In this document: positions 25,965 to 39,574 of the stretch, piece by piece | How the letters are laid out: the number at the start of each line of letters is the position of its first letter | How positions within the stretch are numbered: the stretch's first letter is position 1 | Assembly: GCA_023213395.1 (NCBI GenBank) | Contig: CM041465.1 | Span: forward strand, 247,697,741-247,761,740 | Direction: 5' to 3' | Origin: Cycas panzhihuaensis | Lineage: Eukaryota; Plantae; Cycadophyta | Length of the DNA: 64,000 nt | The notes under the pieces: model-generated | Databases searched by the model: none | Told to the model about the DNA's origin: nothing | The model's input: only the letters and a program-made list of their open reading frames with translations | Program-made: the position numbers and the translations under genes

Positions 25965-28900
25965 GCTTGCTGATCTCAAGATGCTCATGGATAAATTGCC
26001 CATTCTCTCAGGTTGCATCTTCTTGTGGCAGTTGTTTCTATTTGATGAGATACTCAATGATTTGTCTAGATCATAGATGTCGGATTCTTCTATTGATGAT
26101 GCATTCTAGAATGAGTTGAAGTTGCTCTTCCTCGTTTAAGATAGGTAATTTTATTTGAACTTGTACCTGCTACCCAATTACCCTCTTAAGACATGAAACA
26201 TAAAAGACATTATGGATCCTTGATGGTGGTGGTAAGTCCAATGCATATGCAACTTCACCAATCTTCTTGAGAATTTTGTAAGGTCAATAAAATTGGGGTT
26301 GTAATTTATGTTGTCGATCCCGTTTGAGAGATGCCTGCTTGTATAGTTGCAGCCGTAAGTATACCCAATCACCTGGTTGAAATAGTTGTTAACTTTGCCC
26401 TTTATTTGCTTGTTGTTTCATTCGCTTTTGTGCAAGATTCAAATTTTCTTTGAGTAGCTTGAGGATTTTTGTTGTTTGGTGGATGTGGTCCTTGACTGCT
26501 TGAACCTTAGAACTGATTATGGCATAATTCTTAAGTGTGGGTGGTTCATAGCTATATAATGTTTGGAATGGAGTCATTCTTGCTCATGCATGATACGTTG
26601 TATTATACCACCATTTTGCTAAGGGAAGCCAATGATGCCATTGGCCTTGCTTGTCTGAAGCATAACAATGAAGGTATCATTCAAAGCACTCATTGACCAC
26701 CTCAGTTTGACCATCTATTTGTCAATGGTAGGATGAGCTCATTGTTAGTCTAGTACCGAGCAGATAGAAGAGTTTCGTTTAGAAGTTGCTAGTGAACTTG
26801 GGGTCCTGATTACTGACTATGCGTTTGGGCATGTTATGCAACCTGTGTATATCCTTTAAAAAGATCTCAACAATTTACTTTGCCTTATATGTGGCTTGGA
26901 TGCCACATAAATGAGCATATTTAGTTAGCCTATCAACAATCTCAAGTATAGCATCTTTTCCTTCAAACTTGGGCAAACCCATGATGCAGCCCATGGAAAT
27001 TTCTTTCAATCATTGATTTGGTATGGGAAGTGGTTGCAGCAGTCTTAGGGACTTGATTGTTTCTGTCTTATGTCATTGACAAACGTCACATGAGGAAACA
27101 TATCGCTTTACATCTCCTTTTTGGCCTTTCTAAAAGAAAGATTGTTTTAAGCAGTGGTATGTCCATAGGAAACCTGAGTGACCTGCTCTTGGAGAGGTGT
27201 ATGCATCATGCAAAATTTGTTCCTTGAGGCTAGAATGAGGCCATATATATATCCTATTCTTGTACCAAAGAATATTTGTGGACCATGTGTAGTGGGTTGA
27301 GTGCCCTATCCCACCTTGAAGGTCTTGAATGATCTACTTTGTAAAGGGGTCCTGATCCCATTCTTACTTAGTGATCGTTATCCAAAAGGGATTGACCATG
27401 GTGATGGAATATAGTGTAGAGCCTTCTTCTAAAGCGATGTAGTTCTATCTTTATAGCAATTTTCCTTAAAACACAAATAATAATCCACTGAAAAGGCAAA
27501 AACCTAGATACTATGCAACAGAAGATTAACAAGGAAAAGGAATTCCAGAAACCACAGAAGGAAATAATGATATTTATTATCAAACAATACCAAAAATAGA
27601 GCGAATTACAACAAAAATACCAATCTTTTCCTTAAAAGTGAGTTTCCCTCTTCGAGGCGAGGAGCCCTCCAAACTGTAGCCCCCAAATGGGCAAGCTAAT
27701 TGCAAACCAAGACCAAAAATATTCAGTCACAAGAATCTCCAAAAGATGGTTTGGGATGAGGCCCAAACTCCCTATTTATAGTGGTCAAAATCCCTCAAAT
27801 AGAGGTCGACCAAACAGGATGATATTCTCCTTAATATTGTGCCCAATAGAAGTCGGCCAGAGGATGAGATATTCCTCCTGACATTCTTTGATGAAGTCAG
27901 CCTTACCTGCAAGTGTTATTCCCAGCTAGTATTTAAATAACTTGAGGGGATTCCTTAGGAACAATATCTTCCTTGCGAGACAAAGCACCAACCACTATAT
28001 TATCCTTCCTTTTTTGTATATGATTTCAAAATCAAAAGCTTGCATTTTGGTGACCTATTTTTGTTGGTCCTCAAATGTTGTCCGTTGAACTAGGAAATAT
28101 TTTAAGCTGTCATGGTCTATTTTAATTTGGAAATGTGTCCTTAGTAAATATTGTCACCATTTCTTAACTACATGGAGAATTGCTAATATCTCCTTATCAT
28201 AGGTGGATTTGACATAATCCCTAGGTGTAAGTTGACAACTTTCAAAGGCTAGAGGTTTCCCTTCTTGCATTAAGACTGCCCCAATGCCTTGCCCTGATGC
28301 GTCACATTCAATGGTAAAGGTCTTTGCAAAGTTTGGTGTTGCAAGGACTAGAGTGGTAGTTAAAGCCACCTTTAAGTGTTCAAATGCTTCCAAGGCCTTT
28401 CCAATGAAAAGAATCCTTTTTTAATAGGTTGATTAAAGGGGAAGCAATCTTTACACAACCCTAAACAAATTTTTGATAATATCATATGATTCTTCAGAAT
28501 CCACGAAGACCCTTGATGTTTTTGGGTTTAGGTTAGTTTGTGATTACAATTTTCTTAGGATCCACCTTGACTTCTTGGGAAATAATATGGCCCAAATATT
28601 CTATTTTTGTTTGCCCAAATTGACACTTTGATTTTTTGGCATAAAGTTGGTTGTCTACAAGCACCCGTAATGTGTTATCAACATATTGAAGATGGTCTTC
28701 GCAAGTGTGATTGAAGATCAAAATGTCATCAAAGAAGACTAACACAAACTTTCTTAAGTAACGCTGAAAGAGTTTGTTCATAAGTCCTTGAAAGGTGGAT
28801 GGGGCATTAATTAGGCCAAATGGCATGACTAAAAATTCATAATGCCCTTCATGTGTACCAAATGTCGTCTTGTGAACATCCTCTGCCTTGATCCTAATCT

Positions 28901-29788
28901 GATGGTATCCTTATTGCAAGTCCAATGATGTGGAAAATGTTGCTCCATGGAACTCATATAAGACTTTATCAATGATTGGTATAGGAAATTTATCCTTAAT
29001 GGTTATCTTATTGAGCTTGTGGTAAGCTACGCACATGCGAAATAAGCCATCCTTTTTTCTTATTAAAATCACTGGGGTGGAAAAGATACTTTTACTTTCC
29101 CTAATAGTATTGGCATTAAGGAGTTCTTGAACTAGTTGTTCAATTTCATTCTTTTGTTGGTAGGGGTACCAATATGGTTAAATATAGGGAGGATTGCTTC
29201 CATCTACTAGGTCAATGTGGTGATCTTGGTCATATGTTGGGGGGAGACCTTAAGGAATATCCCGAAAGACCTAGTTGTGGTGGTGAAGCACCAATTTTAA
29301 GTCATTTGGGAGCCATCATCTTGGAGAACGTCCCTTTCCATTGGAAGTTCTTGACCTTCCAGAGCATAACATTTGGCAATGATCCCTACACCACCCCTTT
29401 TAATAAGCCTCTCCATACAGTGTGAACTAATGATTTGGGTTGGGGGAGGAATGATCCCTTTCAATTGACAGTCAATCCTTTTAGAACTAAATCGGATGAA
29501 GAGCTCCTGCATATTTAGTTGAATGGTCCTTAGTGGTTTGATCCATTGTATCCCTAGTACAACATCGACTCCTCCAACGAGAATGGCATATATGGAAGTG
29601 GAGAGTTGATAGTCACCCATTTGCAACTTGATGATGTGGCATTTTTTCCCACAAGAGAGTGTCCCTCCATTAGCCACCATAACCTAGAAAATTTTGATAG
29701 GATATGGAAAACAATTGAGTTCTTCAGCAAGTTTCCGATTAATGAAATTGTGGGTGCTCCCAGAATCTATACCCAATAAGTTTGAGTG
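25965..29788 (-). pseudogene. pol: Element F pol (PR-RT-RH-INT-chromodomain), split by solo LTR G
   Basis: DSGSTHNFI; [12 protein letters not shown]; FFDDILI; IECDASG; MTPFQTLY; EYLIK-like chromodomain remnant. Confidence 0.92.
27452..27965 (-). mobile_element. Solo LTR G (related to the LTR of element K)
   Basis: Homologous to 61947-62509; interrupts F pol after ALSRKED; probable TSD ATCTT at 27447-27451 and 27966-27970; termini decayed. Confidence 0.8.
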
Positions 29789-29793
29789 TTTAT

Positions 29794-30347
29794 TGTTAAA
29801 CCTTATGTTTACATGTTAAGATTATGTACTTTATTTTTTATGTAATATTTGTACTTTTGTACTTTAGGGGTGACTTATCACTTAAGTGATAAAGTGCACA
29901 CCCACATTCTTTCTAGTGACACAACATTGTCACTAAAGGGCCAAATGGACCCCCATGCACTTTTGCTCACTTGAGATCCCTAAAAGGACACGTCCTACAT
30001 GAAAGGCATGTACCTTGGATGTTTGACACTTGTCAAACATCTAATGCCTTAAGTCTCTCCTTTCACTCTATATAATGAGACCTCTCCTCATTGGTCTCAT
30101 ATAGAGTTGGAGTTGTATTGTTATGCTGTCAGTTTGCTAATCAAACTGTTTATTCATTTGGAGGTTGGACCAATTCCAACCCGACACATTTGGTATCATT
30201 TTCTTGCTCCTTCATTTTCATGCTTTGTCTTGCTTATGTTTTTCATCTTAAGAGTATCATACTTGTTAGCATTTAGTGCTTTCTAGAACTAGAGTGGACC
30301 TAGCTTCTAGATCTTGGGATTGTGAGGCCATTAGGCCCCTTTTCACA
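29794..30347 (+). repeat. 5' LTR of element H
   Basis: TG...CA; about 96% identical to the 3' LTR by eye. Confidence 0.96.
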
Positions 30348-32862
30348 TTTGGTATCAGAGCAAGAGGAGACTAGTTCCCTCCGTTCTGTTTCTTGCTGCT
30401 CAAGGAGATTCAAAGAAGGCTTACAAACCCTTGGTGACGACCTTCGCCCTCCGAAGGTGATCCAAGGTTTGTTGAGACCATTTCTTGCAGGTTCAAGCTG
30501 TTGGAGTATTTTTTTAAAGGCTGGAGCACTCCATATTCAGATCTGAATTTTTTTTTTCGGATCACCTTCAAGGGTTTTGAGCAAATGTACTCACGTTTTC
30601 TCATGATTTTTCACTAAAAATCATTTTTTTAAGCTGATTCTTCTTATAGTTCAGGTGCTGGAATATTATGCAATTTTCTGAGACTCATTAATGAAGATTA
30701 TTTCAATCTACTGACCTTTTGCAGGTTGTGGTCTATTTCTGGGCCATTTTCAGCCCTCAAACCCCACTAAGGAACTCCAAATCTCTAGTGTTGTTTGTAT
30801 TTATCTTGTTCTTGGCTATAAATCAGCTCTCAAGCTCATATTTATGTCTGAATCGTTATTTAACACTCATGAGCAGAGCTGAGTAATTTTATCAACATTT
30901 TCAGTGATTTCTACCTCAGAAATTGAGGTTTCTCTGTTTTTCTTTCTCACATTTGACTGGCTGTCCAAGAACTGACTCATAGGGAAGGTGTATCAGACCT
31001 TAGAGAAGAGTTTTGGTGACTGTGGAAGGGTCTCAAAGCCTTAATAATCGTATAGCTGCTCGTTTTCCTCACGCTGCCCGTGCGACCTGCCAAAGTAAGA
31101 GCTACTTTGTTCTTTCACTGTGAGTGTCAGAATGACCTCAAATCAGAGTTGAACCACTATTTGATCTGGGCGCCCCTGCTCCTTGGGTTTCAGAGCAATC
31201 CACAGCTCCTTCGCAGAGTTATCTCCATCTGAACATCCACTACGGCCTTGCTTGGAATTTCCTTGTTGTTCGGTTGCTTTACGAATTTGATTTTTTTTCC
31301 TTCTTTTCAAAAAATTTCATTTCTTAAACATTTACTTTATGACTTTAGGTTATATGCATTGGAATATTCTCGATATTACGCTTTATATAAACTTTCTTGT
31401 CCTAAAGTTTATATCAAGTATCTTTTAAGTCACTTAATTATTAAAAACTCACTTTTTAACCTAAATTAAAGGGGTTTTTAGTGATTTTTTCATTTTCTGA
31501 CTTCACTTTAGACTGAATCAAGGCTTTCAAGTGTTTTTCTACATCAAAAGTGATATTTTTTCTCTTTATTAAGTCATTTTTCTAGTCAAGGCACTTTGCA
31601 TAGTGACCTTTGGTTTAAATTTTCTTAAGAGAAAAATCATCTTTTTTTGTACTTTTGGAGCTAAAAATCTTCTCAGTATTTAGTGATCTCATTAAATCAC
31701 TAATACTAACTCAATCTCACTTCTTTGAAGACTTAAAATACTCTTGTTTAAGTATTTTTCAAAGGCTCCCTACGTGGTGTCCTTATTGCTCAAGTTGCAA
31801 AAAATTTTAAATTTCAGCCTTTGTTTTTTACTCTTTAAGCTTTTTTTAACAGTTAATTAATGTTGTATAAGTGTTAATTGGCTTAGGTGAAGTGATTCTA
31901 AGTGTTTGCATACTGTAAAAATGATATTTATCACTATTTCAAACACTTCGTTTAAGGCACCTTGCATAGTGACCTATTGCCCTTAGTCACAAAAATGGCT
32001 CAAAAATACTTTGTACTTAATAAAATCACTTCATTCTTTATCATTGGGACTATTTTCAAGTCCCAACACTTGGTGCTTGGTGTCCTATTTTGCAAGTGGT
32101 TCTCTTACCTTCACTCTTGAGCATTAAAAGGAACCCATTTGTATCTTCATCACAAGGTTTTGCTTTGCTTCATTGAGTACTTAAGCATATTTTCAAAGTA
32201 CTTTTCTTGCAAAACTCATTCTACTCAAGCATCTCTTTTTTACTTGGATCTGCATAAGCACTACACTTCATTAAGTGCTCATTGTAACAACACTTTAAGT
32301 GTTCATATTGATGTACTAAATTTGCTTCTTTTTGAAGCCTCTTTTCATTGTAAGCTTAATCAAACACTTTCATAAGTACATCATCCAAATAAAAATAAAT
32401 CTTAAAGTCCACTTTAACCTTCTAAAAAGTGACTTAAAAATCTTGTTGGAGAGGCCCAAAAAAGGTTCAAACCTTGCCTCTGAAATAACCTTAAGCTTGG
32501 TGCATTCCTTAGGGGACCAACCGTAGGCCAAATGCAGTGCACAACAATTAAGGTTGCTTGAGGGAAAGGAGGTTCGAAAAGGGTGTTATTGGGGTTGTGA
32601 ATCCCAGGGAAAGCATGGTACGTCCATGCAGATCAACCCTACTTGCCTTGTTCTAGATTTAACTTGATCAACTGTTGGATCTCCTCTATAGATCAGGGTT
32701 GGACCAACTCCATAGCCTAGTCCTCCACCCCTCATCATTCCATTCAGTTGTTGGATCTTCTAGTAAGATCAGAACTATTGGTTTCGTTTGAAGGTGGAAC
32801 TTAAGCAACGAAAGCTTTGAGTTTCCAAGTTATCTGTTAGCTTCAAGCCTTACAACTGAAAC

Positions 32863-35800
32863 ATGGCTGCTATTAACATGCTTAATGCATGCACCATTAG
32901 ATTAACAGGTCAAGATAACTATCAAGAATGGAAGAGAATCACTCGAGAATCATTGATCATGAATGAATTTTGAGGTTATGTTTACGGAAGAATACCCCAA
33001 CTGTACTTATTGTCAATGGCAATGTAACTGCTCAACTGATGATCTTTAGTTCTTTGCTTGGGAAGCCAAAGATGAAATCGCTTTGGCATTCCTTCATATG
33101 ATTGTTGATGTACATGTGGATCAAAACATTGTATGTGCAAAAACTTCTAAGGAAGCTTGGGACATTTTGTCCTGTTTATATGAAAGGCGAGATGAAGCTC
33201 GCATTTTAATGGTAAAATCCAAGTTGTATTCTGTAAAGTTTGTCAAGCCTATGTCGGCTTTTCTCTCCTCCATCAAGGAGATATGTAATGAGTTGAATAC
33301 ACTAGGTAGTCCAGCAATAAGAGATGAACGTATAACATCTATAACCAAAGCTTTGCCAAAGGACTACAATGGCTTTATATCTTCTATTACAAGAGATGGT
33401 TCTCTCAAAAGAATGTCATTTAATGAATTTAAAAGTTTATTGCTTCAAGAGGAACAAATTTACACCAAGGATAATGAGGACGAACCATCAATATCAGGTG
33501 CATGCACAGCCAAATCAAAGGCCAAACAGAACCCCAAAGCTGCACTCTCAAAGCAATTTGGGAACATGAACATTGGTTCTTCAAAGACCAATGTTGTGTG
33601 TCATTATTGTGGCAAAGCTAACCACATAGTACCTGATTGTAGGAAGAAGCAAGCAGATCTACGTCAACAGCAGCAGCAGCCACGTCAACCAAATCAGAGA
33701 TAGTAGCAGCCATGTCAGCAATTCCAACAAAGATTCCAAGGCAAGAATAATGACAACCCCCTCGACCAAATCGAGGTGCCTATCGAGAAGGTCAAAGAGG
33801 AAGGGGGGGTTTTAAAGGTGGCAATTAACGCCACTTCAATCAGTTTGCAGATGAAGACAAACTATTTTGTGCTTATCAATCATCCAAGGTTGATGAAACT
33901 TAGATTATTGATTCTGGAGCTTCACAACACATGGTAGGAGTGAAGAACTCCTTCACAGACATCAAGGAAGGAAAAGGTCAATCAATGACCTTTGGCAATA
34001 ATCAATCATCAAGATTTACGGAATAGGCACAATAGCTCCATTTCACTCTTCTTCTAATCCTTCCTCTTCATTTCCCAATGGCAATGCCTACTTCATACCT
34101 TCCATGGACAAAAACTTACTATCTCATTAGCAAGTTGGACAACCAACGGATGAGCGTCTTGTTCGAAATGGAAAATGTGTAATAAGTGACAAAGATGACC
34201 AAGTAGTAGGCATTGGATATGAGGATCATGGCCTCTACAAATTGCATGCTAATAATATAACACTTGATTCTGCTTACTCTGGTTCGATTGTCACTCAACA
34301 CTTGTCCAAGATGCAACTTTGGCATCAACGTCTAGGCCATTTGTGCTTAGACAATCTCAGGCAGATGATCAACAAAAACATGGTACATGGGCTTCCAAAG
34401 ATATATGGCACAAAATGTCTTTGTGAAGCATGCATAATGGGGACTCAACATCGCTTGCCTTTCCCTAAAGGCAAAGCTTGGCGTGCATCACATCCTTCTT
34501 GTGGTACACTCAGATTTGTGTGGACCTATGTCCGCCGCATCTTTTGGAGGAGCTTTGTACTACATCTCCTTCATTGACGACTTTTCTCATAAAGTCTGGG
34601 TCTACTTTATCAAGCACAAGTTTGAAGCATTTTCAAAGTTCAAAGAATTCAAGCTTGAAGTGGAGAACGAGTTTGTCCACTCTATCAAAACATTAAGGAC
34701 AGACAATGGAGGTGAATTTACTTCAAATGAATTCACCCAATTTTGCAAGGATAATGGCATTCGGAGACAGGTTACTATTCCTCACACTCCTCAACAAAAT
34801 GGAGTCTCCGAAAGAATGAACAGAACTTTGGCTAATAAAGCCAAAGCAATGATGCATGCACAAGGACTCACTCGAGCTTACTGGGCAGAGGCATTCCACA
34901 CAACTGCCTATGTGGCCAATAGAATTCCAACTATAGCAGTCACCGATATCACACTCGAGGAGGCATGGTCTGGCAAAAAGCCAACTATCAGCCATTTGAG
35001 GACTTTTGGGTGCACTACTTATATGCACATCCATGACCAGCAAAGAACAAAATTGGACAAGCATAGTCTAAAATGCATCTTTGTAGGTTATGCCATTCAT
35101 AGCAAAGCCTACAAGTTGTATGATCCCATTGGGAAGAAAATGCATCTCTCAAGAGATGTAATCTTTGTTGAGGATGATCATAAGGAGTTGCAAACAACAT
35201 CCATGCAACCTCCCATTGACAAAGGCAAGAAGATTGTTGAGGCTTTCCTTCCCTCTCAATCTTCTACTCCATGTACATCATCTGCACCTGCTGGACCGTC
35301 TACATCATCTGATTTAGCTCCACTTGATCTTAGCACATCTTCTGTTGATCAACCACTTAGACCAGAAGATCTTGAGGTTCAAGTCACTTCAATTTAAAAG
35401 TTACCAAAATGGTACACTCAAATAGTACAGGACGACCACATCATTGAAGAAAAACGTCCATCAAAATACAGGCAACAGACCAATTATGCACTTATGGTTG
35501 AAGTGCTATATGTTGATGAGCCTTCCACCTTTGAGGAGACTTCTAAAAATGAAAATTGGAAGGCTGCCATGGATGAAGAAATCCATTCTATTGAAAAGAA
35601 TGGTACTTGGGATTTGGTTGAATTGCCTAAAAACAAACAGACAATCAGTTGCAAATGGGTCTACAAGACCAAATTCCATTCTGATGGTACACTTAAGCGA
35701 CAGAAGGCCTGCCTTGTGGCAAAAGGATTCAAACAAAAGGAAGGCATAGACTATGAGGAGACTTTTGCACCAGTGGCCAATATAAACACCATCAGACTCA

Positions 35801-37043
35801 TCTTGGCCTTAGCTGCTCAATGCAAATGGCTAGTCTTTCAGATGGACGTGAAGACCGCCTTTCTCAACGACGATCTTCGGGAGGAGGTATACTTGGAGCA
35901 ACCTCCCAGTTACAAGGTACAAGGCAAAGAGCATTTAGTATATCGCCTAAAAAAGGCGTTATATGGCTTGAAACAAGCTCCAAGAGCATGGTACTCAAAG
36001 AGCGATGATTACTTCTTGAGACATGGGTTTCATCGATCTACTTCAGATCCTAATCTATACATCAAACATGAAAAGAACCATGCCATTTTTATTGTCTTGT
36101 ATGTAGATGACTTAGTGATCACTGGCAGTGACACTAAGATGATAAACATTCTCCAGGATGACTTAAAGAGAAGTTTCGAGATGACAGATCTTGGACTTCT
36201 CCATTATTTCTTAGGCTTTGAGGTATGGCAACAAAGGGCTATATCTTCATCTCCCAAGCGAAATATTCTTGGGACATTTTGCAGCGGTTCAGGATGCACG
36301 ACTGCAAGCCAGCCCCTACACCAATGGAGAATGGAACTAAGCTTACTCTCAATGAGGAAGCTGCACCTGCAGATCCCACACTTTCTTGGCAGTTGATTAA
36401 TAGCCTCATTTATCTCACCAACACTCGACCGGATATTTCATTTGCAGTTGGGATTTGTTCACGATACATGTCTCAACCCAATCAGAAACATTGGAATGCA
36501 GCTAAACGCATACTTAAATACATCAAAGGCACATTGAGTATGCACATAATGAGAACTTCACTCTGGAAGGGTTCTTAGATTCTGATTGGGCAAGTTGCCA
36601 GAATAGCATGAGATCAACCTCGGGTTACTGTTTTTCCCTTGGTTCAGCAGTTGTTTCGTGGAGTTACAAGAAGCAACCCAATGTTACCTTGTCCTCCACC
36701 GAAGCAAAGTACAAAAGGCTGCGTCGGTAGCGACTTGTGAAGCTATCTGGCTACGACAGATTCTTGGGGAACTTGGACTTGAGCAGGATCACCCCACCAG
36801 GATTTATTGTGACAATCAAAGTGTGCTCAAGCTAGCCAAGAGTCCTGTATTTCATGCAATGACCAAATACATTAAGGTTCATCGTCACTTCATCAGAGAG
36901 CATGTGCAAAGTGGTGAGTTCAACCTTCAATATCGACCAACAGAACAACAGATAGCAGATATCTTTACTAAGCCACTTGGTAGAGGAAAATTTGTAAAAT
37001 TTAGAGATGGTCTAGGGGTCCGACTTAACATTGTAAACAGTAA
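32863..37043 (+). pseudogene. gag-pol: Copia gag-pol of element H
   Basis: CHYCGKANHIVPDC; IIDSGASQHM; WHQRLGH; HSDLCGP; TDNGGEF; YVDD; ADIFTKPL; stops and frameshifts. Confidence 0.95.
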
Positions 37044-37054
37044 GGGGGGGGGGG

Positions 37055-37610
37055 TGTTAAACCTTATGTTTACATGTTAAGATTTTGTACTTTATTTTTC
37101 ATGTAATATTTGTACTTTTGTACTTTAGGGGTGACTTATCACTTAAGTGATAAAGTGCACACCCACATTCTTTCTAGTGACACAACATTGTCAATAAAGG
37201 GTCAAATGGACCCCCATGCACTTTTGCTCACTTGAAAGCCCTAAATGGACATATGTCCTACATGCAAGGCATGTACCTTGGATGTTTGACACTTGTCAAA
37301 CATCCAATGCCTTAAGTCTCTCCTTTCACTCTATATAATGAGACCTCTCCTCATTGTTCTCATATAGAGTTGGAGCTATATTGTTATGCTGTCAGTTTGC
37401 TAATCAAACTGTTTATTCATTTGGAGGTTTGACCAATTCCAACCCCACACATTTGGTATCATTTTCTTGCTCCTTCATTTTCATGCTTTGTCTTGCTTAT
37501 GTTTTTCATCTTAAGAGTATCATACTTGTTAGCATTTAGTGCTTTCTAGTACTAGAGTGAACCTAGCTTCTAGATCTTGGGATTGTGAGTCCATTAGGCC
37601 CCTTTTGACA
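37055..37610 (+). repeat. 3' LTR of element H
   Basis: Follows the PPT; followed by the TSD. Confidence 0.96.
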
Positions 37611-37615
37611 TTTAT

Positions 37616-38670
37616 GGGGCCACAATTCTAGTAAGGGCATGCACGAATATAGTAGCAGTATCTTCGTCTTCCTCCTCAAGTGGGTCACAGTCATTATTTT
37701 CTAGCTCTAAGGGGATTTCTTCTGTTGGTTCGTCATCTTAGATGTCCTCAATGATGAATAAGCATCGTTCATGACACTTACGTTTTTTGTTCCACTTTTG
37801 ATTGTAACAAAAACATAACCCTTTCAATCGTTTTTCATACATCTCTTGGGAATTCATTCGTCACACATTAGGAACGTGAGATTGCGATTGTCTTTTTGGA
37901 AACATTTGTGGAAAATGTCAGGATGCCTTATTTTTTGCTTTGATATATCGAGAAAAATTGATAGTTGTGGAGTTGTTATCAGGTTGTAGGAGTCACAACT
38001 CATGTTTGATGTCATTTCATAACCCACCAATGTACAACTCAAGTAATTTGTCCTGGCAGAGACCATCAACCCTTGTGGAGGGACGTTGGTATTCTACGGT
38101 ATAAGTCGAAATAGTGCGCCCCTGTCTGACTTTAGCTAGCTAGCTGATGTAGCCGTGATCCCAGATATTGTCATATTGAGTTGTAAGGTCCTTGACAAAA
38201 CCCTTCCATTCATAACTAAGCTTGCCAATTGGTTTCCTAACCCATTGGCACCATTGGTAGGGTTTGGTTTCCATGTGTAGAGAGGCAAGAGGGATCTTCT
38301 TATTAGTTGGAACCTAGTGAAGAGAAAAGTGTTGTTTCATTTGGGTGACCCAGGTGCATATATCTATGCCATTGAATTTCTTGATTTCTACCTTAGGAAG
38401 GAAATTAGGATGGAAGCATCTACGATCATTGTCTTCGTCTTCCTTATTGAAGCGACCCTCACCTATTTGAGTAGTGTCCTTGAATTTAATCTTTTCTTCA
38501 AACTCGTGATGGTTGTCTTCTTCTTTAGAAAGTTTCATGGTTGTGAGCTCTAGTATTATCCTTTCAAAATCTTCATTGAAGTCAGTTTGGATTTGTAACA
38601 TGTTTCCTCGAAGTTGTGTGACAACATCATTGAGATGTTGAGTCTAGTTAGGGTTCACCTTAGGGGCCAT
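37616..38670 (-). pseudogene. gag: Element F gag
   Basis: LPKVEIKKFNG..WVTQMKQHF retrotrans-gag motif; knuckle remnant KGLCFCYNQKW. Confidence 0.85.
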
Positions 38671-39574
38671 TTGTTTGCTAGACCTAAATTGAATCCTAGT
38701 TGGTAAATGTGAACAAAAGGGGTTTGTTGGGGTGTCTATTGATTATTATCCCCAATGTTTTACAATGAGGCAATATGTTTTTTATTTTTTAATATATATA
38801 TTTTTTTAAATAATTTTTTTTTGTCACTTACAATCAACTAACTGACTGCGTGTGCATGAACTGATGACAAATTCACTGGACATACTAGGTTTTGCAGATT
38901 GATGATGACTGACCCACAGACTGCCTAGATGCGTACAGACCACTTACAGACTAACCAGGTACACTAGGTATGGGATTATCTAGTTCGTAGGTCCTCTGAT
39001 ATATTGATCCCAGTCATAAATAGTATCAACTTGTAGAGGCTAACGCTCTACTCTACAGTCATACTATCTTGCCTCTATGATACATGGAGAGTAACTTCTC
39101 AGTGCTAAAATCTTACCGGTGCACAACACATTATAGTCGGTTGACAGGTTTCCTATGGTTATTTATACTAGAAAAGCCTACCTAAGGGTTCCTCCTATAT
39201 ACCTGTAGGTATGTAGAAGTGCAATTCTATAACCAAGTTCTATGTAAGGCTTGGTTCAGGAGTGTGATCTTTAGTCCTTCACGCAGGGGGCAAAAAATCC
39301 ACAATGCGCTTAGCCCAAAATAATAGTTCCACGTGATATTTATAGACCCCTGACACAGGGTTTCTATCTAAATGTAAAGAAAAATTACTCGGTGGCAATG
39401 TCAGGATAGTTGCCCAATTGCAATGTTATTTACTCCCCAAAAAATAGAAGTAACTAAGTAGAAATTTAAAATGAAAACAAATACTAATAGGAATGAAAAC
39501 TAATGGAAAAAAAATTGATTATTCAATACCTTTGACCCTCCCATAGGCTGTGGATTGACCGCTCTAATACCATT

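Larger units (their letters stand above)
29794..37610 (+). mobile_element. Ty1/copia element H (family A), full length
   Basis: LTRs 29794-30347 and 37055-37610; TSD TTTAT; PBS TGGTATCAGAGC at 30350; poly-G PPT near 37042-37054; ~2.5 kb leader. Confidence 0.96.

Noticed and set aside
30091-30276. Recurring ~61-79 aa hydrophobic ORF (also 37354 and 63086)
   Set aside because: Lies within family-A LTRs, so recurrence is explained by LTR identity; starts are non-ATG and inconsistent
38860-38880. CTGATGA as a hammerhead ribozyme core (also near 21472 and 63791)
   Set aside because: No flanking helices with a correctly placed GAAA were found; the other two hits lie in coding sequence
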